Assembly: GCA_963755715.1 (NCBI GenBank)
Contig: CAVWLW010000024.1
Span: 96,001-160,000 of the forward strand
Origin: an uncultured delta proteobacterium
GTDB lineage: Bacteria > Desulfobacterota > Binatia > UBA9968
Direction of reading: 5' to 3'
Length of the DNA stretch: 64,000 nt
Positions 12,281 to 23,705 of this stretch are shown here, one piece after another. Each line of letters begins with the position of its first letter. The stretch's first letter is position 1. A program made the position numbers and the translations under genes. Below the pieces are notes generated by a model, which saw only the letters and a program-made list of their open reading frames with translations, did no database searches and was not told the DNA's origin.

Positions 12281-12565
12281 TCAAAGGCGCTGCACCTTGA
12301 TAGAATAGTTGCCCTTGCCACTGGCGCGATTGTAATGGCGCACCTGAACGAAGTACTGGCCGGCAACGAGATCTCTGCTGATCAGCGCATTGGTATCGAC
12401 GCCGGAATCGTCATCCTCGGCAATGAGCGCAGTTTCACTGTTCGGGCCGAAGAGTTTCATGACGACGTCCGTGGAACCGCGCGTATCTATCTGATACCGG
12501 CCGTCGCTCGCCGCGGTAAAGCAGCAATGAAATTTACCGAATTCGTCACGGGTGAATTTCTCCAC
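12281..12565 (-). pseudogene. Orphan PPC/DVUA0089-like beta domain (probable C-terminal remnant of a peptidase)
   Basis: DVVMKLFGP...LIAEDDDSG...NALISRDLVAGQYFVQVRHY...GNYSIKV; no signal peptide or catalytic domain upstream. Confidence 0.6.
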
Positions 12566-12791
12566 GGCAACGGTGTCGCTGTTCCCTTTGGTTTACACCG
12601 AGTGTAAACGAGGTTGCCTCCGATTCGCCCGTCGCCGATGCGCGAGTTCAAGCCTAAGCAGTTTGTCGGCAAGTAGGTAGGCTACGAAGTCTCTGCGGAA
12701 CAATAGGACGGGCCGCAGCGGCCACACTTTTCCATAAGCGATTTAAATTGCGATGAGGTTTCCTGTTCGTGCGTAAGGTCCGGCCGGGGAA

Positions 12792-13472
12792 TCAGTCGAC
12801 AACTTCTGAGATATAATAATCGATGTAGCGCCGGTTGGCGTTGGGGAGCCCGTGCCCTTTGACCATCTGCTGGCATTCTTCCTGACTGTGTGTTTTCACC
12901 GGGCCGAGAGGGGCACACAGGATCTGGATTCGCGCCGAGCGAACCAAATCGAGCCCGAGGCGCAGCAGTGTGTCGAGGTCGTTCGACACAACCGTGCCGC
13001 CGTGGCCGCGCAGGAGCACCGCGTTGCGATCGCCGAGAGTGGCGGCGACTTTGTCGCCCAGCTGGGGATTGCGGATCAAAATCGGAGAATCGTAGATCGG
13101 CGTGCCGCGGTAAAAGTGCACGCCACAGTTGGCGATAACCTTTATCCCTTGGCCGGACGCGGCCACGGCGATCAACTCGTCGGGATGGTAGTGCAGGATG
13201 CACTGGACGTCGGCGCGCGCTTTGTAGATCGACGTATGCATCGCCGTCTCGCCGTTGGGCTCGCCGTGGCCTTCGAGCTTGTTTCCGTCGGCGTCGATGA
13301 TGATCAGGTCGCGCAATGCGACCTTGCCCGGCGGCATGTGCGGCGTGCTCAAGATTCGGCCGTCGGCCAGGCGCGCGGTAAGATGGCCGTAGCCGTCGAG
13401 CACCCGTTGTTTTTGCAGTACCTTGCACGCCAAAACCATTTTTTCTTTCACGGCCTCAATCGCGTCCAACAT
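12792..13472 (-). CDS. Class II aldolase/adducin family protein
   Basis: GHLTARL, GETAMHTSIYKARADV..LHYHP, LLRGHG; GGAGG RBS. Confidence 0.9.
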   Translation of the reverse strand: MLDAIEAVKEKMVLACKVLQKQRVLDGYGHLTARLADGRILSTPHMPPGKVALRDLIIIDADGNKLEGHGEPNGETAMHTSIYKARADVQCILHYHPDELIAVAASGQGIKVIANCGVHFYRGTPIYDSPILIRNPQLGDKVAATLGDRNAVLLRGHGGTVVSNDLDTLLRLGLDLVRSARIQILCAPLGPVKTHSQEECQQMVKGHGLPNANRRYIDYYISEVVD

Positions 13473-13555
13473 TTTTCCTCCCTCGATCTGTGACTGCTAA
13501 GCCATTTCGCTCAAGCCGATTCCATACCGCAAAACATGAATATAGGCGAGCGCGC

Positions 13556-14735
13556 TTAATGGACGCGCCGCAACAGCGCCACGGCGTCGATTTCCACTAA
13601 GCAGCGCGGCGAAAGTTCGCGAACCTCCACGGTCAATCCCGCGGGCATTGTAGAATTGCGCTTGTTGGCGGCGAAAAACTCCCGATAGGCGGTCGTGAAT
13701 GTGGACCGGTCCTGGCCGACGATGAGATAGACGGTGGTTTTCACGATATCGTCCAAAGTTCCGCCGGCTTCTTCGACGATGTCTTTGACATGCTGCAGGG
13801 TGATTTTAGTCTGACCGGCGAGATCTCCTTCACCTTCCACGATACGATTGAATCCGACGGCATCTTGACCGGCTTGCAACAACCAATCGCCGACGCGAAC
13901 GGATTGTGAAAAAGAGCCGGGTGCTTTGCGCACTTTCGGGCTGGCGACGATGGTTTGTTTTCCATCGTAGGCGATGGCCACGGAACGCAGGAGAATGTCC
14001 TTCCCCAAGTCTTGAATGTAGATGCCGGAATTCGGCGGGAACTGATCTTCCTCAAAAATGTTTTTGTAGACCGCTTTGCGCGCCTCGCCATAGCCTGGGC
14101 GCAAGTCGGTGCTCGGCATGAACATGAAAGTGCGGCAAAGGTCGGCTAGCGACAGTTTCTGATCGTGCAGAATCTTGCCAATGCGGTTTAGAACCGTCGC
14201 GGTTTGGAATTGAATTGTCGCCGGCGGTGTAACTTTGCCGTTGCTATCGCCAGCATCCACACCCGATAAGAAAATAAAATCGTGCGCGCGGACGCCGTGA
14301 CAGCGCGCTCCGGCTGCCAACGGCAAATCGTCAAGCAAGATCGGTTTAATCTGTGAGCGATCTCGTGTTGCCATCGCGTCGATTCGCAACCGGCAGTTTC
14401 CTTCGAGGCCGCTCACGCCGACGAAGGTGATGGCCGGTGTCGCTCTCCGATCCAACTGCGAGTGCAGCGCGCCGATTATTTCGGGGGCATCGGCGTAATC
14501 GGCAAGAAATACCGTGAGACTCACCAGGTTCTGCTAGATCCTGGCCGCAGGAATCGAGCGCAAGGCGCAGAGCTTCGCAGCTTCGAATGCATTGAGCTTT
14601 CGCGCTTCGGTCCTCGACGGAGCCATCGGGCCGGCGAGTGTCTACAGCCACGAATGTGAACTCATCGGCGACGATGCCCTGGGAGAAAATTGTGGTTTCC
14701 GAATAGAGTTGGTTGGAATGGATCGCTTGTATCAT
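13556..14735 (-). CDS. Triple-domain RidA/YjgF family protein (one frameshift near 14530)
   Basis: Three YjgF repeats: FSQGIV...RLRIDAMA; CHGVRAHDFIFLSG...LRSVAIA; FSQSVRVGDW...LVEIDAVA. Confidence 0.8.
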
Positions 14736-14752
14736 GTCGTTCCTCCGTAACT

Positions 14753-16463
14753 TTACCGCCTGACACCCGTCAGCATATCCGCCGCGCGATTACCGATGCT
14801 CCAATAACCGATCATCACGGGCAGCATTAATAGGATCATGACCAGACTCATGGCTGCCGACGGACCGTGTTGGCCGGAATTCCACAGGCTCCAAATGACG
14901 ACGGACAATGTGATGTTGCTCGGGCTAAATAAAATGGTCGCCAATGTCAGTTCTCTCAGCGTCAGCAAGGCGATCCAGAAAAACGCATTGATCAGTGTCG
15001 GTGAGATGAGCGGCAGCAATATTCGAAATACGACGTCGCGCCGTTTGGAGCCGCACACCTCGGCGGCCTCTTCGAGCTCTTCGCTGACGGCAATGATGGC
15101 GGAATTGGTGACCCTGGTGCCAAAGCTCAGGCGCTGGATGATATGCACGATGACGAGAAGCGTCAGTGTGCCGTACAGCGGGACGATATTCCGGAGCACA
15201 AACAGGGAAAGCAGCAAGCCGCTCACGGCGAAGACGATCGACGGCACGGCATGGGGCAGAAACGCGAGGGCGTCGAGAAAATATCGCACTTTGGTCTTGG
15301 ACCTCAGCACGACCCACGAATAAACGAAGCACACGATCAGCGACGCCAGCGGAACCCCCGCAGTCAACAGCAAACTATTTTTCAGCGCTCGGAAAAAAAG
15401 ATCCCAAGGGCGCTTGGACGAAATTCGCAACGCTCAATTGTGTAAGCGCTTCGACGGACGGCGGTTGTACGAAGGGTTGAAAGGCGACCCAGAGCAAAAG
15501 ACCGACAGGGACGAACATCTGTACGGTGAAATACAAAATCACGAATAGACCGGCCCAACGATTCCATTTGCCCAACGGGTAGCGTAGCGGCCGGTAGTCT
15601 TTGCCTTTGACCAATTGATAGCGGCTCGCCTGGGCGATCTCGCGCAGATACCACACGGACAGCAAGCTGCCGATCAAAATGAGCAAGGTGCTCACGGCGG
15701 CAGGCCGGCCATATTGCGGAAATCCCTGGTGCGGCACCAAGTCCTCGTAGATGAATGTGCCGAGGGTGTACACGCGATTGGACAGGCCGATGATCGCGGG
15801 CACGTCGAAGGAAGCGACGGCGATGGCGGCGACGTAAAACGCCGCCGCCAAAGTGGCCGGCGTCGAGAGCGGCAGAATTATACTTTTAAACAACTGCCAG
15901 CCGTTGGCGCCGGCGGCTTTGGCCGCTTCTTCGAGAGTCGTGTCCGCCATGCGCAGATTGGCCGCGACCATGATGAAAACGACCGGCGCTAATGTGATGC
16001 CCTCGACCCAGCCCATCCCGACGGGAGTGGCAATATTGATTTTCAAGTCCTCGGCCACGAACTGTTTTAGATAGATATTGAGAAAGCCAATGCGCGGATG
16101 AAGCAAAAACAACCAGCCCATGGACGGGAAAAAAGTAGGAATCAGCAAACCGAGCGTCATGCCGGTGTAAATAAGATTTCGTCCGCGAATATCCGTGCGT
16201 TCCACGAGCCAGGCGATCAGCACACCAAACAGCAGCGAAATGAATACCGCGATTCCAGTATAGATCAGCGTATTGATCAGGACCCGGTAGGCGAGCCGGT
16301 CTTTGAGCAACTCCGTGTAGTGAGCGGTCGTCAGAAACCCGCCCGGGATGCCGGGCAGGCCTTCATAGAAACTCAGATAGAAGACGACCATGAGCATCAG
16401 CCCGACGATCGTTCCTACCATTGCCGCGAAGCAGAGCGCAGGGCTGGAAACGCGGCTATCCAT
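14753..16463 (-). CDS. FbpB/ThiP-type double ABC permease (frameshifted)
   Basis: AWLVERTDI; two EAA loops (LEEAAKAAGA, LEEAAEVCGS). Confidence 0.88.
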
Positions 16464-16507
16464 CGCAGCGATCGTGAACAGCGTCGGGAGATGCGCGCAC
16501 GCGGAGC

Positions 16508-17627
16508 CTATTTCTCGACGACCTTGATGATGTTTTCGAGTTCCTTGGCGTATTTCAAAACCGGAAAGCTCATCACATAGTCGACCGATACGTCGAGGGG
16601 CTTGACGCCGGCGGCACGAAGATTCTGCAAAATTTTATAGTAGCGGGTGCCGGGAACCTTCTCGCTGTCTTGACGGTCGACGTTCCACTGAAACTCTTGG
16701 CCGGACTTCGTCATCAGAAATGCGCAGAATAGTTTAGCGGCGGCTTTGCTCCGCCCGTTCTTTGGCACCGCGCAATAGCGATGCGTCACCATCGCGGCGT
16801 CGCTCGGTATCACGTATTTAAGCGGCGCGCCTTTTTCGGTGAACGGCAGGACGCCGCCCTCGCCGCAGGCCAATACATGAATCGGAAATTCGCCGCTCAC
16901 GACGCGCTCGTATTCGCCGCAGCGCATCAAGCCGGAGATCTGACCGGAGAGTTTCCGGACATAATCGGCGGTGGGCTCCGGGCCCCATTGCTTCGGGCCC
17001 GAGAGGATATCGAAGTACGAAATGTACGGCTGGGTGGACACTTTGCCTTTCAACTTGGGATTCAAAAGATCCTTGAGACTCTTGGGCGCGTCGGTGGGCG
17101 AAATCAATTTCGTATTGTAAACGATCCCCGGAAAGCGCCCGCTGATTTCGAGGGCCGCGCCTTTGAGCGAAGCCGCGGCGGGATCGATGTGCGAAAAATA
17201 TGAGGACCAGTCCACTTGATCGAGCACCATGAGCGGTGTGGCCAAGGTCGCGATATAGGTTTCCGAGCCGCCGATGTAAACGTCTGAAGTGGCCGGCACG
17301 CCGGCGGCGAACTCCTGCGCGATTCGAGCGGCCATCTGCGGCTGGCTCGGCCCCGGCGTCCAATTGGCTATGATGCTCGTGCCGAACTGCTTGTTCATGC
17401 CCGACACGAGTTCGCGCACACCGGGCAGGCCTCTGAAGGTGTTTTCTCCCCAGACGAGATTCAGCATGCCTTCGGCCTGCGCCGCTTTGATCAGCGCGGC
17501 GAGCTTGTCGTTGGTTTGCGCTCTTGACGGCTGGCGCAGGCGCTCCAGCCGCATGAGATGGATGCAAAAAGAGCGCGTTGGTCAGCGCCGCGACAAACAA
17601 CACGCTGACGAGATTCACAACGGACAT
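16508..17627 (-). CDS. Fe3+/thiamine-cluster ABC substrate-binding protein (frameshift just after the signal peptide)
   Basis: Signal MSVVNLVSVLFVAALTNALF; IVYNTKLI, APKSLKDLLNPKLKGK, AAAKLFCAFLMTKSGQ. Confidence 0.82.
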
Positions 17628-17714
17628 GCTAAGCTCCTTGAGTTTCGCCGGTGCTCGTGGGGGACGAATTTCGAATTCGCCGTCAGCGTACAACCTGCAA
17701 TACTCGGCCGTACG

Positions 17715-18560
17715 CTATTCCGAACCTTCGACCTGTAATTGCAGCGGATTGCCGTCGTAGTCGGTAAAATATAAACCGTGCGCCGTCGCGCTGCGCACTT
17801 GGGTTTGCTCCAAAGCGTCGATTTTTCCGCCAGCCCGGGCGATCGACTCGCGCAAGGCCGAAAGCGCTTCTTCTGTCGGCGTCATGAACGCATAATGTTG
17901 CCCCTCGAAACGATAGAAGGCGCTGCTGCGCGGGTGCAGCGCATCAACCTTGTGAAGCATGAGCCATTGGCCGCCGACCAATTGCAGGCACGCGGTCGCT
18001 CTTCCCAGCGCGTCGTTCTCCTGGCCGAGCACTTTTAGACCGAACACGTTCATATAGAAATCCACGGATCGATCGAGGTCGGTCACTTCCAGCTCGAGGT
18101 GGCTGATCCCCACATAAGCGGAAGCGCCATTCGACCCGGCGCGATCCTTTTGCAGCAATTCAAGATGATTGCCGAAGGGATCTTGGAGCGTGAGTGAAAT
18201 GTTTTTGGGGCCCAATCCAACGCGCGGCCGCGGCTCGTCGAAGGTCTGGTAGTTCGATTCTTGAAGGCGGCGAACTATGCGCGTCATGCCATCGGCGGTG
18301 ATCTCCAAGCCGACCAACGGGCAGCCGTGGCGTTGTTCATGTTCCGGCAACGATTCGCGGCCGAGAAAAATACCCACCCGGCTGCCGGCGACGTTCAAAA
18401 AAGTTCGCGGCAGCGTGCCGGCTTGGACGTCACGGACGCGCAGACCGCGCCGCTCATAGATCGGGATTTCCAAGACGCGCGTGTAGAAGTCTTCAGCTTT
18501 GACAAGATCGTCGACGGGATAGGCGAAGTGATCGAATCTAAGAGATGGTTCGAGCCTCAT
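17715..18560 (-). CDS. Two-domain VOC (glyoxalase/extradiol dioxygenase) family protein
   Basis: DHFAYPVDDLVKAEDFY...DPFGNHLEL; SHLELEVTDLDRSVDFY...YFTDYDGNPLQL. Confidence 0.85.
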   Translation of the reverse strand: MRLEPSLRFDHFAYPVDDLVKAEDFYTRVLEIPIYERRGLRVRDVQAGTLPRTFLNVAGSRVGIFLGRESLPEHEQRHGCPLVGLEITADGMTRIVRRLQESNYQTFDEPRPRVGLGPKNISLTLQDPFGNHLELLQKDRAGSNGASAYVGISHLELEVTDLDRSVDFYMNVFGLKVLGQENDALGRATACLQLVGGQWLMLHKVDALHPRSSAFYRFEGQHYAFMTPTEEALSALRESIARAGGKIDALEQTQVRSATAHGLYFTDYDGNPLQLQVEGSE

Positions 18561-18731
18561 GAGATTCCCTCCTAGCGCATGAGAACGGCTTCACTGCTTC
18601 TGGCCTTAGTACACGCTCTTGCAGCTGTCAACGCGGTTGGAGAAGCTCAAGCGGCGTGTGGGTTGCGACGTGCCGAGAACAGGCGACGGTTGAAAAAAGC
18701 AGTTGCTTCGCGCGCGCCTCGCGCGGAGTTT

Positions 18732-19571
18732 CTATGCCGCGCAGCGCTTGATGAAATCGCCGAACAGCGCGGCCATCTCGCCGGCTTTTTCGTCCCACTC
18801 TTCCCGCGGGCTGAGCGGCTCGTCGTAGTGCTTCGGAAACAAAATATGCACCTCGCTCTTTTGCAGCAGGTGCCCGAGGTTCTCGCCGGTTTGGCGGCCG
18901 TGGGTGTTGTCATTGCCGGGCACGATGCACGCCGGCACTTGAATGGATTTAAGCTCTTGCTCGGTGGCGCCGATCACCGGAAGATCCGCGCCTTTGAGGA
19001 AATACTCGCGCCAATGCGACATGACCTCGATGAAGCGCTCCGGCTTGAGCTTCATCAGAGCATCGCGATTTTCCGGGCGCGCGGCGATGCGCTCTTGCCA
19101 ATGCTCCATCGCACACACCGCAGCCATGCCGCCCGCCTTCGCCGCCGTAATATATTGGCCGTAATATTCCTCCGCCAAGCGCTCGCAGGCGAAGCGCCCT
19201 CCGGTCACGCGCCACAAGAGCAAACCGCGCACGGCCTCGGGATGGCGCAGGGCGAATAAGAGCGAAGTCCGGCATCCCGATGAGCTGCCGCCGACAAAAG
19301 CGGGCAGGGCGCCGAGCTGTGAGAGCAGCTCATGAATATCGTCTGCCCAGATTTCGTATTCGGATTCCTTGCCGTCGATGACGACATCGGAGGCGCCGCA
19401 GTTGCGCCGATCGAAGATAACAACCCGGTAGCCAAGAGCGGCCAGCTCTTTTGCTTGTGTCTCGATGCCGCTGATGTCGCGTCTGCCGCCGGGCGACAGC
19501 GCCACCCAAGGACCGCGATCGCCGAGTATTTTGTAGTTGATGTTGACACCGCGTACTTTTGCGAGGGGCAT
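18732..19571 (-). CDS. Alpha/beta hydrolase
   Basis: FDRRNCGASD, nucleophile elbow GSSSG; GGAGG RBS before MPLAKVRG. Confidence 0.88.
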   Translation of the reverse strand: MPLAKVRGVNINYKILGDRGPWVALSPGGRRDISGIETQAKELAALGYRVVIFDRRNCGASDVVIDGKESEYEIWADDIHELLSQLGALPAFVGGSSSGCRTSLLFALRHPEAVRGLLLWRVTGGRFACERLAEEYYGQYITAAKAGGMAAVCAMEHWQERIAARPENRDALMKLKPERFIEVMSHWREYFLKGADLPVIGATEQELKSIQVPACIVPGNDNTHGRQTGENLGHLLQKSEVHILFPKHYDEPLSPREEWDEKAGEMAALFGDFIKRCAA

Positions 19572-19822
19572 GGGTTCCTCCACTGCAGGCTGCGCCGGAT
19601 CTAGTTTTGAAACTGCTCTACCACACTATGGTCGCGCACCACAATCTTAGTTGTGGCAATTTGTCGCGCGATGGCTTGTTCAGATTGTAGCGATTTACCA
19701 TCGTGACGCAGGAGGCGTTCGCGCGTTCGAGCTGTATTGAAATCCCAGACAAATATTATTGGTTGTGGGTTTTTCTTGTAAGTAAAAAAATTACTGACGA
19801 CAAAAAAATCAGTTTTTTCGTG

Positions 19823-19838
19823 TGGCATATTGCTTGCT
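19823..19838 (+). promoter_or_regulatory. Sigma-54 (-24/-12) promoter
   Basis: TGGCAT-ATTGC-TTGCT with GG-N10-GC spacing; A/T tracts immediately upstream. Confidence 0.7.
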
Positions 19839-20159
19839 GATAAAGCGAGTTGACACGGATGCTGTTGAGATTACGCTCAAGACCGCGAGAAAATGATGCT
19901 CCATGTTTTGTCCTGCGGTCATGTGGCGAGCGGATGTGCGAGTTTTCGAGGGAGCGTCACGGACGAGAGCGACAGGTGCCGCCATTCAACCCGAAGCGAA
20001 TCTGCCCCGCGGTTCCGGATTGATTTTGTTCCGGTCGGCCAGCCCTATTTGAGTTTTCGCTAGCGTATCCGTTTCTCTATCACTGCGTGGAAGGGACCCA
20101 AAACGCAGGAATGCGCAGCTTTGCGTGTTTTCGGGAAAAAATTAGAAACGGAGAGTTCC

Positions 20160-21311
20160 ATGAGAATTGCCCAGGTTGCGCCACTTTACGAACGCGTACC
20201 GCCGCTTTATTACGGCGGCACGGAGCGGGTCGTATCCTATTTAACCGAAGAATTGGTCGATCAAGGCCACGAGGTCACGCTCTTCGCCAGCGGCGATTCG
20301 TTGACCAAAGCGAAATTGGTTTCGCCCTGTGCCCAATCGCTTCGCCTCAATTCAAATTGCGCCGATTACCTCGCTTATCATGTGTTGCAGCTGGAGCAAA
20401 TTTTTCAACAGGCGCATTTGTTCGATATCGTCCATTTTCACATCGATTATTTTCACTACCCGTTTTTGCGCCGCCAGGACATAGCCCACGTAACCACCTT
20501 GCATGGCCGGCTGGACATGCCCGACCTAGTGCCGCTTTATAGCGAATTCGACGATATGCCGGTGGTATCGATCTCCGATGCGCAGAGAACGCCGTTGGCA
20601 TGGATCGACTGGCATGGGACCGTGTATCACGGCTTGCCGTTCAATCTTTACAGATTCAGCAAACAGCAAGGCAAGTACTTGGCATTTTTGGGGAGAATCT
20701 CTCCGGAAAAACGGGTAGACCGGGCCATCGAGATCGCCAAACGCGCCAATATGCCGCTGAAGATCGCGGCTAAAATCGATGCCGTGGACCGCTGTTACAT
20801 GGAGAAAGAAATACGCCCGCTTTTGGATCATCCACTGGTGGAATTTATCGGCGAGATCGACGATGCCGGCAAAGGCGAGTTTTTGAGAAATGCCTACGCA
20901 TTGCTTTTTCCGATCGATTGGCCGGAACCGTTTGGATTGGTCATGACCGAAGCCATGGCTTGCGGCACGCCGACCGTGGCTTTTCGACACGGTTCGGTGC
21001 CCGAAGTCCTCGACGATCAGATCAGCGGCTATGTTGTCGACGATGTCGAGCAAGCGGTCGAGGCGTTGAAGGCAATCCGCCATTTCGATCGCGCGCGTTG
21101 CCGACGCGTGTTCGAGGAGCGTTTTTCGGTGCGCCGCATGGCGCAGGACTACGTAAAAATTTATCAGCGCGTGATCGACGGCAGAGTCCGAGCGCATTCG
21201 ACGCCGGCATGGCAAAATGGCGCGATCATGCCGCGCCGCGATGAGATAGCGGCGAAGGGCAACGGAGCGCCGCTCGCAGCAGCCGGTTCCGCCGCCAATC
21301 TTTCGCATTAG
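20160..21311 (+). CDS. Glycosyltransferase family 4
   Basis: MRIAQVAPLYERVPPLYYGGTERVV; WPEPFGLVMTEAMACGTP. Confidence 0.92.
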   Translation: MRIAQVAPLYERVPPLYYGGTERVVSYLTEELVDQGHEVTLFASGDSLTKAKLVSPCAQSLRLNSNCADYLAYHVLQLEQIFQQAHLFDIVHFHIDYFHYPFLRRQDIAHVTTLHGRLDMPDLVPLYSEFDDMPVVSISDAQRTPLAWIDWHGTVYHGLPFNLYRFSKQQGKYLAFLGRISPEKRVDRAIEIAKRANMPLKIAAKIDAVDRCYMEKEIRPLLDHPLVEFIGEIDDAGKGEFLRNAYALLFPIDWPEPFGLVMTEAMACGTPTVAFRHGSVPEVLDDQISGYVVDDVEQAVEALKAIRHFDRARCRRVFEERFSVRRMAQDYVKIYQRVIDGRVRAHSTPAWQNGAIMPRRDEIAAKGNGAPLAAAGSAANLSH

Positions 21312-23458
21312 CTTTCGGTGATCACTTCGACGTCGCCGCTGCGCCCGAGGATTTCTATAGTTGCCGACTGCGCCCGGCGATGAATCAATAGATCGACCGT
21401 GCCGGCGCCGACTTTTAAGTTATTGATTTCGATCTCGTCGAGGAAATCCGGTAAAATTGGGCGAACGAATGACAGTCGCGACGCTGCGCCGTCGATCTTC
21501 AGCCCAAGGGCCGCGCTCAGCAGCGAGAAGACGGCGGCGGCTGACCATGCTTGCGGCGCGCATGCGACCGGGTATGGCACGGGTCCACCGCCGTTTTGTT
21601 TTTCGAAACCGCAAAAAAGCTCCGGCAAGCGATATTCGACGAACAGACTGGCTTGAAACAACCCTGAGAAGATCCTGTTGGCGTCATCTTTAAGGCCGTA
21701 TCGGGCCAGACCCGCGGCAATTAAAGCATTGTCGTGGGGCCAGACCGATCCATTATGATAAGCCATCGGATTGAAACGAGCTTCCGACGACGCCAGAGTG
21801 CGCACGCCCCAGCCCGAAAATGAATCCGGGGTCATCAGTGTGTGCGCCACGGTGCGGGCGTATCTTTTGTCGACGATGCCGGTATACAAGCAGTGACCGG
21901 CGTTCGATGCTTTAATCCGGCATTGCCGTTTCTGACCGTCGAGAGCTAAGACATAGGTCGAAAGCTCTTCACTCCAGAATCGCTTGTGAAAATTGTTCTT
22001 GAGCTTTTCCGCTTGGATCAAAAGAGCTTGGGATTTCTCCACTTGTCCCAACGCCAAAGCGATTCGCCGCGCCGGCGCATTTGGCGGCATAGGCGTAGCC
22101 TTGAACTTCGCAAAGAGCGATAGGCGCGGCGGCGAGAGTGCCGTCTTCGTGCGAGACCGAGTCCCAGGAATCTTTCCAGCCTTGTTGAATCAGCCCTTTC
22201 GCCGAGAGGCGGGCGTACTCGATAAAACCGTCACCGTCTTTGTCGCCATATCGATCCATCCAGTCGAGGGCCAAGTCGATGTTGGGCCAAATCGATCGGA
22301 TAAAATCCAGATCATGGTGTTTGCGAAATAGGCGCCCGCGAGCATGACAAACAGCGGCGTCGCATCAATCGTCCCATAGTAGAGCGTGAAGGGTATTTCT
22401 CCGAGGGCGGCCATCTCACCCCGACGCGTTTCATGCATGATTTTGCCCGGCTCGGCGTCGAGCTCGGCATCGGTTTGCCGAGATTGCAGCGCGGCGAGAA
22501 AATTCAACACGCCGCGCGCGATCGCCGGGTTGATCCACAGATATTCGAGAGCCGTAATGATCCCGTCCCGGCCGAACGCAGTGCTAAACCAGGGCACCCC
22601 GGCGTAAGGATAAACGCCGAACGGGGTGGCCGTAAACATCATGTGCAGATCCGACGACGAACGCGCCAACCATTCGTTGAATTGTTCGTTGGATGTGGAG
22701 ATGCGGCACTCGGGCGTTTCCTGCTCGGTAAGCGCTGTCTGCGCCGCCGCGCGCGCGCGGCTATAATCCACCTGTACGACGGCAGCGTCGCTGATCTGAC
22801 ACGAGTAGGTCAGATGAAATTCTCTTTCTTCCTTCGGCTCGAGGCGGTAACGAAACATGAGTCCGTAACCGGACAAACTATCGGGTGGGGGCGAGCACTC
22901 GATTTGGGTGCGGCGCACGACGTTGTCCAATCCCGTGTAATCGAACCGAACCCGTGATCGTTCCAATGTCGCTTCCTGCAGCACGCCCCTGCGCTCGCGT
23001 GTCATGCCACGCACTTCGAACAGGTCGGCGAAATCGGCGCTGTATTCGACGGAGAACTGAACGTCGATCGATGACAACCCATAGTTGCCGAAGCTCAGCG
23101 TTTCGTAACAGACGCCTTGCCAGAGCATCTTAGTGCGCGTGATATGCAGCGTGCCGCGCGGCAGAATAATCCGCCCGGCCTGGTAAATATCGGGATTGGT
23201 TAGATTGGCGACGAAAACCAAATTATCTTTTTGGACGGTCGAATTCAGCAGAAACGGCCGCGTGTGGCCGAGTTTGAACAGCAGGTGGGAAAGAAATCTC
23301 GTCCCTTCATGATACAGACCCTCCTGACATGGACCATTCGGCTGGATATCGCCGTGGAGGTCGAACACCGCGAACGTCTCGCCGTCTTTTAAGACTCGTT
23401 TCGGCTCCTCGGCTGAAGAGTCGGTTGCCAGAATATAAAACTCATCTTCCATATACAT
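21308..23458 (-). CDS. Amylo-alpha-1,6-glucosidase (glycogen debranching family); two frameshifts
   Basis: AGVPWFSTAFGRD, AEPGKIMHETR, YYGTIDATPLF, QGWKDSWD, YHNGSVWPHD, LPELFCG, ACAPQAWS. Confidence 0.9.
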
Positions 23459-23705
23459 AAAACGTTCGCCGCGCGACAAAATAGCCGGCGCAGGCTGTCT
23501 CGCGAATTGGAGTTATCTCCTAATAGTCTAAAGGTTCTTTGACAATCATCAATATACTAGACAGCGGACGCTTGATCTGTTTCCGCGTTTCCGGCTACTG
23601 GAAAAGATCGACGTTCAATATTTGCTTTGAATGAAGATAGCTTGCCGATACGGTTGGCGCCGCGTTAGGCTGGCGTGCACGCCAGATGGCTAAACAGATT
23701 AGACC

